From: Bacteroidota bacterium
GTDB taxonomy: Bacteria > Bacteroidota > Bacteroidia > Bacteroidales > Rikenellaceae
Direction: 5' to 3'
Assembly: GCA_023413645.1 (NCBI GenBank)
Contig: JAEZPN010000017.1
Location: 1-54,440, forward strand
Length of the DNA stretch: 54,440 nucleotides
Translations under genes and position numbers: made by a program
In this document: positions 9,399 through 20,177 of the stretch, one piece after another
Layout of the letters: each line of letters opens with the position of its first letter
How positions within the stretch are numbered: position 1 is the stretch's first letter
Notes under the pieces: generated by a model
Seen by the model: the letters and a program-made list of their open reading frames with translations, nothing else
Told to the model about the DNA's origin: nothing
Databases searched by the model: none

Positions 9399-9893
9399 CT
9401 ATTTTTGCTTCGCAACCCTCTCGACAGCCTCTGCTGCCATGTCGTAGTCGTAGCCCAAACCGAGGGCATAGCGCAGTAGCTTTCCTCGTAGTTCGTAGTC
9501 GTTCGCGGCCTTTACGGTGCGTAGCTTCTTCTCAAGCTTCTCATGCAGGCGCTCCGCCCTGCTGTCATCTGCCATAAGCTCTGCGAGCACCGCGCTAATA
9601 GTCTCGCGCTCAACACCCTTTAGGCGTAGCTGCATCGCTATCTTACGCTCACCCCACCCCGCAAGCTGACTCTTCTCGCGTGTGTATGCCTCGGCATAGC
9701 GACGGTTATCAATGTAGCGGTCGGCGATGAGTTTGTCGAGCACACCGCGCTGCTCCGCCTCGGGAACACCCCACGTGCGCATAAGGCGTAGGGCATCGCC
9801 CGTGCTCTTCTCGCTGCGCGCTGCAAGACGCATCAACGACTGCAGAGCCTGCTGTGCCGTCTTTGTCTTACGCTCACGCGGCTGTGGCGTCAT
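9399..9893 (-). CDS. recX: Regulatory protein RecX
   Basis: YIDNRRYAEAY, WGERKIAMQLRLKGV, YALGLGY motifs. Start 9893 gives an ATGA overlap with the prmC stop. Confidence 0.85.
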   Translation of the reverse strand: MTPQPRERKTKTAQQALQSLMRLAARSEKSTGDALRLMRTWGVPEAEQRGVLDKLIADRYIDNRRYAEAYTREKSQLAGWGERKIAMQLRLKGVERETISAVLAELMADDSRAERLHEKLEKKLRTVKAANDYELRGKLLRYALGLGYDYDMAAEAVERVAKQK

Positions 9894-10747
9894 CTCGTTA
9901 TCGAACTCACCTTTGCGCATATCATTCGTGGTTTTCCTCTAAAGTCCTCTCTTACAACTATATCCGCGTAGCCTTCCGCCTCCAACATCGACTTCATCTC
10001 CTCTACCAACGACTCATAAATCTCGAAGTATAGACGACCCTCGGCGCTGAGCATCTTGCGTCCCGTGCGGGCAATAGCGCGATAGAAGATAAGCGGGTCG
10101 CTATCCTCGACAAAGAGTGCGATATGTGGTTCATGCTCCGTGACATTTGGGCGCATCAACGCGCTATCGCTGTCGGGTATGTATGGCGGATTTGAGACTA
10201 TGGCATCGAACGTAACGCCCTCAAAATGAGAGCTAAAATCCTCGAGGGCATCACCCTCAACAAAGCGCACCTCGGGAGCATACTCCGCACCATTTTCGCG
10301 CGCTATGGCAAGTGCCTCATGCGATATATCCATCGCCCAAACGGCACTCTCCTTTATCATGCGCTTAAGCGCCAAGGCGATGCAACCACTGCCGGTGCAT
10401 ACATCCAAGATATGTGCACCCGCCTTCGCCTCGCGTGCCACCCAGTCAACCAGTTCCTCAGTCTCGGGGCGAGGGATAAGCACACCCTCTCTTACCGTAA
10501 GCTCCATGTCGGCGAACTCCGCCTTGCCTACGATATACTGCACAGGACGCCACGAGCGTAGCTCATCCGCAATAATATCTAAATCAGGGATTTCCAACTC
10601 TACGTTGGGCTCTATGAGGAGGTCGTTGCGCGAGATAGCTCCCTTTGCGAGGAGTATCATCTCGGCAATCTGTCGCGCCTCAACCTCGGGGTAGCACTCG
10701 CTGGCTACGGAGACGAGGCTCAAAAATATCTCTCTGCGTGTTGCCAT
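9890..10747 (-). CDS. prmC: Release factor glutamine methyltransferase (HemK)
   Basis: PVQYIVG, VLIPRPETEEL, LDVCTGSGCIA, VSNPPYI motifs. Confidence 0.95.
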   Translation of the reverse strand: MATRREIFLSLVSVASECYPEVEARQIAEMILLAKGAISRNDLLIEPNVELEIPDLDIIADELRSWRPVQYIVGKAEFADMELTVREGVLIPRPETEELVDWVAREAKAGAHILDVCTGSGCIALALKRMIKESAVWAMDISHEALAIARENGAEYAPEVRFVEGDALEDFSSHFEGVTFDAIVSNPPYIPDSDSALMRPNVTEHEPHIALFVEDSDPLIFYRAIARTGRKMLSAEGRLYFEIYESLVEEMKSMLEAEGYADIVVREDFRGKPRMICAKVSSITR

Positions 10748-11728
10748 CTACAACTGCAATTTTAGGTCGGCAAGTGCCACGGCTGCCATAGCCTCAACAA
10801 CGACAGCGGCACGTCGCGCAATGCAAGCATCGTGGCGACCACCAATAACAAGAGGGCTCACCTCGCCCTTCGCAAAGTCGTAGGTCATCTGCTCCTTTGC
10901 GATGCTGGGCGTGGGCTTTATCGCCACGCGCACAACGATGTCATTACCGTTGGCTATACCACCATTTATGCCACCCTCGTTGTTTGTATATGTAGCGCCT
11001 GACTCGCTCGCAATCATATCGTTACGCTCCGAGCCACGCTTACGTGCCGAAGCAAAGCCATCGCCAAACTCTACGCCCTTAACCGCGGGAATTGAGAATA
11101 GCAAGTGCGCCATTACGCTCTCCACAGAGTCGAAGAATGGCTCACCCACGGGCTCACCGATGCCCTTTATGCGGCACTCGACAACGCCACCAACAGAGTC
11201 GCCATCGGCAGCAGCACGACTAATAATATCGTCAAATTTAGCCTCGTCACATACGCCACCAACCTCTATTAGTCGCGTCTCAAATTCGACACCCTCGAGC
11301 AGCGCCTTTGCCACAACACCCGCAGCGACAAGCGCCACGGTCATGCGTCCCGAAGCCATGCCACCACCCGCAATATCGCACTCCTCGCCATACTTACGCA
11401 ACTGCACTAAGTCAGCATGCGAAGGGCGGGGCTGACGGCGCAAATGGTCGTAGTCGCGGCTTCGTATATTGCTATTACTAAAGACGATACGCAACGCTTC
11501 ACCCGTAGTGTATCCATCTGGGTCGAGGCCCTCAATCCTCGGCACATCTGCCTCATGGCGAGGGGTCTCGCCACAGCGCTTAGGACGGCGACGTTCGAGG
11601 TCTACCTCGAAGGCATCCTCCGACAACACAACACCCGCGGGCACACCCTCAACGAGCACACCCACCTCGGCAGCATGCGAAGCGCCAAATATGGTTATTT
11701 TGAGTCTATTTCCGAAGCTATTATTCAC
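10748..11728 (-). CDS. aroC: Chorismate synthase
   Basis: NSFG..FGASH, PRPSHAD, GGG..SGR.T, DSVGGVVE, SIPAVKGVEFG, KPTPSI, GRHDACI motifs. Confidence 0.95.
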   Translation of the reverse strand: MNNSFGNRLKITIFGASHAAEVGVLVEGVPAGVVLSEDAFEVDLERRRPKRCGETPRHEADVPRIEGLDPDGYTTGEALRIVFSNSNIRSRDYDHLRRQPRPSHADLVQLRKYGEECDIAGGGMASGRMTVALVAAGVVAKALLEGVEFETRLIEVGGVCDEAKFDDIISRAAADGDSVGGVVECRIKGIGEPVGEPFFDSVESVMAHLLFSIPAVKGVEFGDGFASARKRGSERNDMIASESGATYTNNEGGINGGIANGNDIVVRVAIKPTPSIAKEQMTYDFAKGEVSPLVIGGRHDACIARRAAVVVEAMAAVALADLKLQL

Positions 11729-11735
11729 AGCTCTC

Positions 11736-12998
11736 CTACTTTACTTTAAGCATTTCAAGGTCCTCAAAAAACGAGGGATAGCTCTTCGCCACGCACTCAC
11801 GGTTACGGATTGAGACCTCATCCTCGATGCGCAACGCCGTAATTGCCAACGACATGGCGATACGGTGGTCATCATGCGAGTCAACCTCGGCAGCGTGTGG
11901 CTTACCACCCACAATGCGCATAACATTCTCGTCGTAGTCGAGCTCTATCTCGATACCTAATTTGCGATACTCTTCCTTAAGCACCTCGCCACGGTCACTC
12001 TCCTTACCACGCAAGCGCTCGATACCACGAATGGTAGATACGCCCTCGGCAGCAGCAGCCAACGCAACAAGGGCGGGGAACAGGTCGGGAGAGTTCGTCG
12101 CATCGAAAGTGAAGGCCTCCAAGGGGCGGTGCGCCACGGTAATAGCGCCCTCCTCGATGATTATCGAAGCACCCGCGCGCTCCAATGCTCGGCACACCAA
12201 TGTGTCGGCCTGGCGCGACAAAGTGGAGATATTACGCACCGTAACCTCACCCGCAATGGCGGCAGCAACCATGATGAACGCCGCAGCGCTCCAGTCGCTC
12301 TCGATGGTGTAGTCCACAGCCTTAAGTTCTTGATTACCCTCGACATAGAACTCCGAGTAGTCGCCCTCGTTGTGCATAATCTCAACGCCAAAGCGCTCCA
12401 ACGTCTCGAGCGTCATGTCGATATAAGGCGTTGATACAGCATCGCGCACCTCGATTGTCGTATCACTCTTAGCACGAGGCAGAGCGATAAGCAGACCCGT
12501 GATAAACTGTGACGATATGCTACCATCGACAACTACCCTACCACCCTTAATTGGGCCATGCACCTCGATAGGCAAGCGACCACCACCATCACGCACCTCG
12601 ACACCAAGAGTGCGCAGAGGCTCCGCCATCATTGCCATAGGGCGGTGACGGAGTGTACCCTCACCCTCGATAAGCATGTGCTTGTCGCAAAGGGCTGCGA
12701 TGGGCGTAAAGAGGCGTGCCGCAAGTCCCGACTCACCGACATTTAGTCCATCGGCAATGGGATTGAGACCTCCATCTATGATAAGAGTGTTGTCATCCAT
12801 GATTTCGACACGCGCACCGAGCGTTCTGATAGCCTCGATGGCTGAACGCGTGTCACGGCATAGTTCTATGCCACGAAGTGTTGTGCGTCCCGAGGCAAGA
12901 AGTGCCGCAGCCAACGCACGTTGAGCATAACTCTTTGAGCATGGCGGAATAACCTCGCCATGCAATCTATTCCCTAAAGGAACCGTACTGTCATCCAT
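11736..12998 (-). CDS. aroA: 3-phosphoshikimate 1-carboxyvinyltransferase (EPSP synthase)
   Basis: SKSYAQRAL, GESGLAARL, SSQFITGLL, KESDR, DDHRIAM, KSYPSF motifs. Confidence 0.95.
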   Translation of the reverse strand: MDDSTVPLGNRLHGEVIPPCSKSYAQRALAAALLASGRTTLRGIELCRDTRSAIEAIRTLGARVEIMDDNTLIIDGGLNPIADGLNVGESGLAARLFTPIAALCDKHMLIEGEGTLRHRPMAMMAEPLRTLGVEVRDGGGRLPIEVHGPIKGGRVVVDGSISSQFITGLLIALPRAKSDTTIEVRDAVSTPYIDMTLETLERFGVEIMHNEGDYSEFYVEGNQELKAVDYTIESDWSAAAFIMVAAAIAGEVTVRNISTLSRQADTLVCRALERAGASIIIEEGAITVAHRPLEAFTFDATNSPDLFPALVALAAAAEGVSTIRGIERLRGKESDRGEVLKEEYRKLGIEIELDYDENVMRIVGGKPHAAEVDSHDDHRIAMSLAITALRIEDEVSIRNRECVAKSYPSFFEDLEMLKVK

Positions 12999-13023
12999 AT
13001 ATTATATATAATATTGCTTAAGT

Positions 13024-13872
13024 CTACAAAAGGTCATCATCATCATCCACAATGTGGGTATGTCCCAACTGACGAAGTGCCTCCTCACGCTCTGCCTCCT
13101 CCTTCTCGCGCATCTGGCGACGCATCTGTGGCGAGCTACGAAGCTCAAAGTTGCTACCGAGATATACCTTACGCACCATCTCGTCGTTCGCCAAGTCCTC
13201 AGCCGTACCCGCCTTAAGAATCTTACCCTCGTAGAGGAGGTATGTGCGGTCAGTGATGGCGAGGGTCTCGTCGACGTTGTGGTCGGTGATGATAACGCCA
13301 ATGTTCTTATCCTTGAGCGTACCCACGATATTCTGGATATCCTCAACGGCAATGGGGTCAACACCCGCAAATGGCTCGTCAAGAAGGATAAACGAGGGGT
13401 TGATGGCTACGGCACGCGCAATCTCCGTACGGCGGCGCTCGCCACCCGAGAGCTGATTACCATAGCTCTTGCGCACCTTCTGCAAGCGGAACTCCTCGAT
13501 AAGCTGCTCCACACGCTCACGCTGGTACTGACGCGAATAGTCGGTCATCTCCAAAACGGCACGTAGGTTGTCCTCTACCGTAAGGTGGCGGAAGACGGAT
13601 GCCTCCTGTGCGAGGTAACCCACACCCATCTGCGCACGGCGATAGACGGGGAGTTTTGTGATGTCTGTGACCTTGCCGTCGTTATCCTCGAGGTAGATGC
13701 TACCCTCGTTGGGTTTGATAAGTCCCACGATCATGTAGAAGGTAGTTGTCTTGCCCGCACCATTAGGGCCGAGCAAACCGACGATCTCTCCCTGGTTAAC
13801 GTCAATGGTGACATGATTCACGACGGTGCGTGATTTATAGGATTTTACCAGCTCGCTTGTGAAAAGTCTCAT
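13024..13872 (-). CDS. lptB: LPS export ABC transporter ATP-binding protein
   Basis: [51 protein letters not shown] motifs; extra charged C-terminal tail. Confidence 0.95.
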   Translation of the reverse strand: MRLFTSELVKSYKSRTVVNHVTIDVNQGEIVGLLGPNGAGKTTTFYMIVGLIKPNEGSIYLEDNDGKVTDITKLPVYRRAQMGVGYLAQEASVFRHLTVEDNLRAVLEMTDYSRQYQRERVEQLIEEFRLQKVRKSYGNQLSGGERRRTEIARAVAINPSFILLDEPFAGVDPIAVEDIQNIVGTLKDKNIGVIITDHNVDETLAITDRTYLLYEGKILKAGTAEDLANDEMVRKVYLGSNFELRSSPQMRRQMREKEEAEREEALRQLGHTHIVDDDDDLL

Positions 13873-13903
13873 TGGCTATTGCATTTTTTTTGTAACTTTT
13901 TTG

Positions 13904-13943
13904 CAAAGTTATCACTATTTTTCAAAAAAATATAGTATATTTG
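13904..13943. promoter_or_regulatory. Divergent -7 elements for lptB and recQ
   Basis: TAACTTTG on minus (13904-13911) and TATATTTG on plus (13936-13943). Confidence 0.6.
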
Positions 13944-13966
13944 GGTAAAATTTTTAGAGAAAATTT

Positions 13967-16156
13967 ATGGACACCGAACAAAGCGTATTGTTACACGATA
14001 AATTACGCGAGTATTTTGGATTTTCATCGTTCAAGGGTAACCAGGAGGCAGTCATTCAAAACGTGCTCTCTGGCAAGGACACCTTCGTGCTTATGCCGAC
14101 AGGTGGTGGTAAGTCATTGTGCTACCAGTTGCCTGCCCTTATAATGGACGGTGTGGCTATCGTCATATCCCCCCTCATCGCCCTGATGAAGAATCAGGTC
14201 GATGCCATGCGTACCTTCTCTACCGAGTCGGGCATAGCACACTTCCTAAACTCATCGCTCAACAAGTCGGCCATAGCACAGGTGCGTCAGGATGTCCTTG
14301 ACGGTCGCACCAAACTTCTGTACTTCGCCCCAGAGTCGCTGACCAAGGAGGATAACATTGCTTTCCTACGCAAAATAAAGATATCGTTCTACGCCATAGA
14401 TGAGGCACACTGTATTTCGGAGTGGGGTCACGACTTCCGCCCTGAGTACCGCCGTATTCGCCCCATCATCAATGACATCGGTCAGGCACCCCTCATCGCA
14501 CTCACAGCAACCGCGACACCCAAGGTGCAGATGGATATTCAGAAAAACCTCGGCATGACAGATGCAACGGTATTCCGTTCATCATTCAACCGTGCCAACC
14601 TATACTACGAGCTACGTCCCAAGCAGAACGTAGACCACGACATCATCCGCTTCATCAAGCAGAATGACGGCAAGAGCGGCATCATCTACTGCCTCAGCCG
14701 TAAGAAGGTTGAGGAGCTTGCCGAGTTGCTCATGGCAAACGGCATCAAGGCGCGCGCATATCACGCAGGTATGGATGCGCAGACACGTGCCGACAACCAA
14801 GATGCCTTCCTCCACGAGCGCGTGGATGTCATCGTCGCAACCATCGCCTTCGGTATGGGTATCGACAAGCCCGACGTGCGCTACGTCATCCACTACGACA
14901 TTCCTAAGTCGTTGGAGGGTTACTACCAGGAGACAGGACGCGCAGGACGCGATGGTGGCGAAGGTCACTGTCTGACGTTCTACAGCTATAAGGATATTCA
15001 GAAACTCGAGTAGTTTATGGAGGGTAAGCCCGTTGCCGAGCAGGAGATTGGCAAGTTGTTGCTTCTCGAGACCGTATCATATGCCGAGAGCTCGATGTGT
15101 CGTCGTCGCTCGCTATTGCACTACTTCGGAGAGACATACCCCGAGACCAACTGCGGTAACTGCGACAACTGCTGCAAGCCTAAGCCTAAGGTAGAGGCTA
15201 AGGAGGAGTTGCAGCTTGCACTCGAGGCGCTCAAGGCTATTGGCGACAAGTTCAAGGCCGACCACCTCGTAGCGGTACTTATGGGCAAGACCACGGCTAT
15301 GATTAAGAGTTACAGCCACAATAAGCTCGAGATATTTGGTGCAGGCGAGGATAAGGACGCACGCTTCTGGAACGCCGTAATCCGCCAGGCTCTAATCATG
15401 GGTTTTGTGGATAAGAATATCGAGAACTACGGTCTTATATCTATTAACGCGCGCGGAGAGGAGTATATCAAGAAGCCTACGTCGGTTACTATCACCATCG
15501 ACCACGACTACGACGCTGAGGATGAAAACGAGCCATCAGGTCCTATCAAGGGTGGTGGTGCAGCAGACGAGGAGCTCTACGCTATGCTTAAGGATTTGCG
15601 TCGCAAGGTAGCGAAGCAGAACGACCTGCCCCCATACGTCATCTTCCAGGATCCTTCGCTCGAGGATATGTCTATTCAGTACCCCATCACCATCGAGGAG
15701 TTGCAGACAATCTCTGGCGTGGGTGCTGGTAAGGCACAGAAGTTTGGTGCAGAGTTCGTCAAGCTCATCAAGGCCTACGTAGATGAGAAGGAGATATTAC
15801 GACCACAGGATATGGTGGTTAAGGGCGTTGCGAATAAGTCGAGCAACAAGATCTTCATCATCCAGTCTATCGACCGCAAGATGGACTTCGAGGATATTGC
15901 ACGCGCCAAGAACCTCGATATGGACGAGCTGCTCAGCGAGATTGAGGCTATCGTGAACTCAGGTACTCGCCTCGACATACAGTACTACCTAAACACCATC
16001 ATGGATGAGGACAAGGTCGAGGATATCTACCTCTACTTCAAGGAGGATGCCGAGACCGACTCGTTGGATGCTGCTATCGACGAGCTTGGTTCGGAGTATA
16101 GCGAGGAGGAGATTCGACTCGTGCGCATCAAGTTTATTTCGGAGGTAGCAAACTAA
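13967..16156 (+). pseudogene. recQ: ATP-dependent DNA helicase RecQ interrupted by one in-frame TAG at 15011-15013 (nonsense mutation or sequence error)
   Basis: ORFs 13967-15013 (MPTGGGKS, DEAH, TATA, YYQETGRAGRDG) and 15017-16156 (CRR..CGNCDNC Zn site, RQC, HRDC) are in the same frame, joined as KLE*FMEGKP. Confidence 0.85.
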
Positions 16157-16165
16157 AGTTTTTAT

Positions 16166-16951
16166 ATGGCAGAAGTTAGAGCAAAAAAGGCTCTCGGTCA
16201 GCACTTCTTGACCGACCTAAATATAGCACGCAAGATTGCAACATCACTCTCGGGTGGTAGTGCCGAGTCTCCCGACAAGGTGCTCGAGGTGGGTTGCGGT
16301 ATGGGTGTACTCACGCAGTTTCTGTTGGAGCGCAAAGACATCGTGACATATGGAGCAGAGATTGACACCGAGTCGGTGGAGTATCTCCACGCTCACTATC
16401 CCGAGTTTGCGCCACGCCTCACTGAGGGCGACTTCCTCAAGATGGATCTTCGTGCAGTGTATGGCGAGAGACTCAAGATTATTGGTAACTTCCCATACAA
16501 CATCTCGTCACAGATATTCTTCAAGGTGCTCGAGAACCGCGATATAGTCCCCGAGTGTGTGGGCATGATACAGAAGGAGGTTGCCGTGCGCTTGGCAGAG
16601 CCTCCAGGATCTAAGGAGTATGGCATCCTTAGCGTATTACTCCAGGCATGGTACGACATCGACTACCTCTTCACCGTGGGCGAGAAGGTGTTTAACCCAC
16701 CCCCAAAGGTTAAGAGTGCCGTTGTGCGCCTCGTGCGTAACAATGTCGAGAAGCTCGACTGCGACGAGCAGCTATTTATAAAGGTTGTAAAGGCATCATT
16801 CGGACAGCGTCGTAAGATGTTGCGCAACTCGCTTAAGGCCGCCTTTGGCAACTTCGGTGGCAACGAACACAAGTTCTTCACCATGCGTGCCGAGCAGCTC
16901 TCGGTGGCTGACTTTGTGGAGCTAACAAACTGGGTAGCAGAGAATAAATAA
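16166..16951 (+). CDS. rsmA: 16S rRNA adenine dimethyltransferase KsgA
   Basis: KKALGQHFL, LEVGCGMG, GNFPYNISS, MIQKEVA, PPPKVKSAV, QRRKMLRN motifs. Confidence 0.96.
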   Translation: MAEVRAKKALGQHFLTDLNIARKIATSLSGGSAESPDKVLEVGCGMGVLTQFLLERKDIVTYGAEIDTESVEYLHAHYPEFAPRLTEGDFLKMDLRAVYGERLKIIGNFPYNISSQIFFKVLENRDIVPECVGMIQKEVAVRLAEPPGSKEYGILSVLLQAWYDIDYLFTVGEKVFNPPPKVKSAVVRLVRNNVEKLDCDEQLFIKVVKASFGQRRKMLRNSLKAAFGNFGGNEHKFFTMRAEQLSVADFVELTNWVAENK

Positions 16952-16989
16952 GAAAATAAAACAATAACCGAACTTAGAACGAGAATAGT

Positions 16990-17223
16990 ATGAAGCGTTA
17001 TTTCATATTTGCAGCAATCACACTACTCGCCATAGCATGCAAGAGCACACCCGAGAAGGCTGTCGAGAAGTACGAGAATATAGTCGAGGCTGTCGAGAGT
17101 GGCAATAAGAAGGAGGTCAAGGAGGCTGTTGAGGATATGACAGTGTGGTACGAGGACCTCAGCGAGGAGGATAAGGAGCTTGTAGACAGAGAGCTTACAA
17201 AGCACGTGAACAAGAAGCACTAA
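16990..17223 (+). CDS. Small hypothetical lipoprotein
   Basis: 77 aa with a lipobox (LLAIAC) and a charged helical body; codon usage like neighbouring genes. Confidence 0.7.
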   Translation: MKRYFIFAAITLLAIACKSTPEKAVEKYENIVEAVESGNKKEVKEAVEDMTVWYEDLSEEDKELVDRELTKHVNKKH

Positions 17224-17984
17224 GGCTCGTCTATCGTTGGCAGGGCGCGCATATTGCTTGGGCGCAACACCACCTCGCCATCGTAACTATCTACAACACC
17301 AACTAATGTGACTATGTCGCCCGGAACAATTTGGGCGGCATAGTCACATCTGTTTAATATCGCCACCGTAAGAGTATTATCCCCAGCCACAAAGTGTCGT
17401 AACGACGACTCGAATGGACGCTCCGAAGCATCGGCATCGCACCACGCCAACGAAGACTCCTCAGGGATAATCCTCACCGCTTCGACAGAGACCAAGCACG
17501 ACACATCGTCGAGGCCTATGTCGGTTATCTGCATTGTACGACAACCGCTATACTTATCGTAGAGGTGTATTATTTCAAGACGGTTCTCAAATTCGGCTTC
17601 CGAGATGCGGTCGACGACATACTCCGCTGTGGGCTCTGCACCGAGCACCACACGACTACCCTCGCGACCCACATACAGACCCTCGCAACGTATGCGCACC
17701 TGGGCGTATAGTGGCACGACGAAGTCTACATCCTCAATATCGACCTTTACATCGACTCCCGCCTCACCATCGTAGAGTACAAACGACTTATACGTCTCGC
17801 CAACTTTATCGTTGAGCACCACGCAACCCTCAATCCACACATCACTCTTTATGCACTGACTACGTTCATCAGCCAACGAGCGCAGATAGGTCATAGAGAC
17901 ATCGCCATCAACCACTTGATTATTAACGGGCGAGGAGCATGCCATAAGCACGATAAGGCTAACGTATAACACAATCCTCCGCAT
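17220..17984 (-). CDS. OB-fold lipoprotein, DUF5689-like
   Basis: Lipobox (LMAC) from ATG 17984; G.VV.ND..G..YKSFVLYD..AG pattern; paralogous to the upstream gene. Confidence 0.65.
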   Translation of the reverse strand: MRRIVLYVSLIVLMACSSPVNNQVVDGDVSMTYLRSLADERSQCIKSDVWIEGCVVLNDKVGETYKSFVLYDGEAGVDVKVDIEDVDFVVPLYAQVRIRCEGLYVGREGSRVVLGAEPTAEYVVDRISEAEFENRLEIIHLYDKYSGCRTMQITDIGLDDVSCLVSVEAVRIIPEESSLAWCDADASERPFESSLRHFVAGDNTLTVAILNRCDYAAQIVPGDIVTLVGVVDSYDGEVVLRPSNMRALPTIDEP

Positions 17985-18750
17985 AGCGCATCTTAAGTTG
18001 GTAACACTCCGTGCCACCGTTATATTTCGCCCACTCCAAAATGCCAGATAGCGCAACCTGCTCTTGGGGTATCGCATCCTCAGCAAAGCGCGCATAGTCG
18101 CGCGTGTACACCGCTATACTATCTCCCGCCTCATTCTTAAATAGGGCATAACCCCTCCAGCGGGCATCAGACAACACATCTCCCGCAAGGGTATCGATAC
18201 TCGTTGAGCCTACGACATGTAGTCCATCCACACGCATAAGGCGACCACAGTCAGCATATTGCAACTCTGCGACAGTAACATTACGAGGGCTCTGCACCTC
18301 AACGCTGCTGCCACGCACTACTACCCTATCTACCGCCTCGCGCGAGGCAAGGTAGCCGACATCGTAACTTTCATACTCTGCAGCCTCCGTTCCTACCACA
18401 GCGACGCCACGCTTATAGGCTATGTAGCATCCCTCGAGGCACAACGCCACCTCCAACCCCTCGGGATAGTCGGCTGCCAGAGGCGTGATACCCATCATAA
18501 CCTCTACGGCACCCGTGCCATCGTCCACAACTATCGAGCGATAGAAGTTCTCATCACTGTCAGACGAGATAATGCGCCCTACAACCACTATATCTTGGTT
18601 GATACGCGCGGGGCGAGTACCGACGATGCGCTCTTTGAGGGTCCTAATGTCGGTTTTTGCGTGTGGTAACTCGGAGAGAATATGAGACTCGTCGGCAGCA
18701 TTATAGCAACCGACGAGCATAAAACATAGTATCGCAAAGAGTAACCTCAT
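17959..18750 (-). CDS. OB-fold lipoprotein, DUF5689-like
   Basis: Lipobox (LVGC); GRIISSD..ENFYRSIVVDDGTGA, YARFA and YQLKMR...D patterns. Confidence 0.7.
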   Translation of the reverse strand: MRLLFAILCFMLVGCYNAADESHILSELPHAKTDIRTLKERIVGTRPARINQDIVVVGRIISSDSDENFYRSIVVDDGTGAVEVMMGITPLAADYPEGLEVALCLEGCYIAYKRGVAVVGTEAAEYESYDVGYLASREAVDRVVVRGSSVEVQSPRNVTVAELQYADCGRLMRVDGLHVVGSTSIDTLAGDVLSDARWRGYALFKNEAGDSIAVYTRDYARFAEDAIPQEQVALSGILEWAKYNGGTECYQLKMRYAEDCVIR

Positions 18751-18752
18751 TA

Positions 18753-19988
18753 CTATTTCGAACTCTTAGCCTCCACCCACGAGTCCTTCAAACCGAGGAA
18801 GTAGAGGATGCCATCGAGGCCTACCGTTGAGAGCGACTGACGGGCTGTCTCACGCACCTTGGGCTTCGCATGGAAGGCGATACCAAGGCCCGCAATATTG
18901 AGCATAGGCAGATCATTTGCACCATCACCCACAGCCACAGACTGCTGAATATCAATATTCTCGAACTGGCACAACAATCTCAATAACTCAGCCTTGCGTG
19001 CGCCATCCACAATCTCGCCGGTGTAGCGACCCGTGAGCTTACCATCCTCAACCTCGAGCTCGTTAGCATAGACATAGTCGAAGCCGAAGCGGCTCTTGAG
19101 GTAATTACCGAAGTATGTAAATCCACCAGAGAGGATTGCTGTCTTGTAACCCACGCGCTTCAAAATTGTCATCATGCGGTCAACACCCTCGGTGATGGGG
19201 AGGTTGACAGCGATGTCCTCCATTACGCTTACGTCCAAACCCTTCAACAACGCCACGCGCTGCTCGAAGCTCTCGCGGAAGTCTATCTCACCACGCATAG
19301 CTCGCTCGGTAATCTCGCGTACCTCAGCGCCCACGCCAGCACGGTCTGCCAACTCATCAATAACCTCTGTGCGGATAAGCGTAGAGTCCATATCGAAGCA
19401 GATAAGACGGCGCGAACGACGGAAGATGCCATCACGCTGGAATGAGAGGTCTACCTCTCCCTCCTTCGTAATCTTCATCAACTCGTTCTGGAAGTGTCCC
19501 TTGTCCGAGAGCGTACCACGCACCGAGAACTCGATGCTCGTCTTGGGTGCTCGCTCATCCTCATCCAGTGGCATACGACCCGTTAGGCGGTTGATATCGT
19601 CGATGTTAAGACCTGCATCCGATATGAGTTGTGTGACACGCGATATGTGCTCGGCGGTAATCTTGCGACCTACGAGCGTGAGGATGTAACGGTTCTTACC
19701 CTGACCCGTCACCCAGCGGCGATACTCCTCCTCGTCGATGGGCGTGAAGCGTATCTGAATGTTCATCTCCGAGGCCTTGAACAGCAACTCCTTCATAATC
19801 TGTCCCGAGCGCTCGGCTGTAGTCATAAATAGGATACCGAGAGTTAGCGACTGGTGGATGTTCGACTGGCCGATGTCGAGGATAAAGGCATCGTGACGCG
19901 CCAATATACCAGTCAACGACGATGTTAGGCCGGGCTTATCCTCACCCGAGATGTTTATCTGAATAATCTCTATTTTGTTATTCTTCAT
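18753..19988 (-). CDS. serB: Phosphoserine phosphatase with N-terminal ACT domains
   Basis: GEDKPGL ACT domain, HAD motif FDMDSTLI, SGGF, GDGANDLPM, AFHAKPKV. Confidence 0.95.
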   Translation of the reverse strand: MKNNKIEIIQINISGEDKPGLTSSLTGILARHDAFILDIGQSNIHQSLTLGILFMTTAERSGQIMKELLFKASEMNIQIRFTPIDEEEYRRWVTGQGKNRYILTLVGRKITAEHISRVTQLISDAGLNIDDINRLTGRMPLDEDERAPKTSIEFSVRGTLSDKGHFQNELMKITKEGEVDLSFQRDGIFRRSRRLICFDMDSTLIRTEVIDELADRAGVGAEVREITERAMRGEIDFRESFEQRVALLKGLDVSVMEDIAVNLPITEGVDRMMTILKRVGYKTAILSGGFTYFGNYLKSRFGFDYVYANELEVEDGKLTGRYTGEIVDGARKAELLRLLCQFENIDIQQSVAVGDGANDLPMLNIAGLGIAFHAKPKVRETARQSLSTVGLDGILYFLGLKDSWVEAKSSK

Positions 19989-20177
19989 ATCGAAATGCAC
20001 ACTTTTTTATATCACAACTACAAATATACAAAATTTTGCGATATGTTGTAACACTTGGCATCCATAAAATTACATCTATGTGTAACTTTCGGGCCAGAAG
20101 TGAGGATATTTGCGAAAAATAATTAACTTTGCGACGTTAAAACTTTTGAACGTTCAATTTAAGCAATTTTTATAGCT

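Noticed and set aside
15011..15013. Genome-wide TAG recoding or pyrrolysine use
   Set aside because: Only one internal TAG in about 45 genes; TAG terminates purC, truA and rnhA at normal positions; no pyl genes or suppressor tRNA seen.
17220..18750. Tandem paralogous lipoproteins (also the DUF4923-like pair at 37307-38568) as a novel system
   Set aside because: Tandem pairs of such exported proteins are common in Bacteroidales; no catalytic or defence-like motifs are visible.
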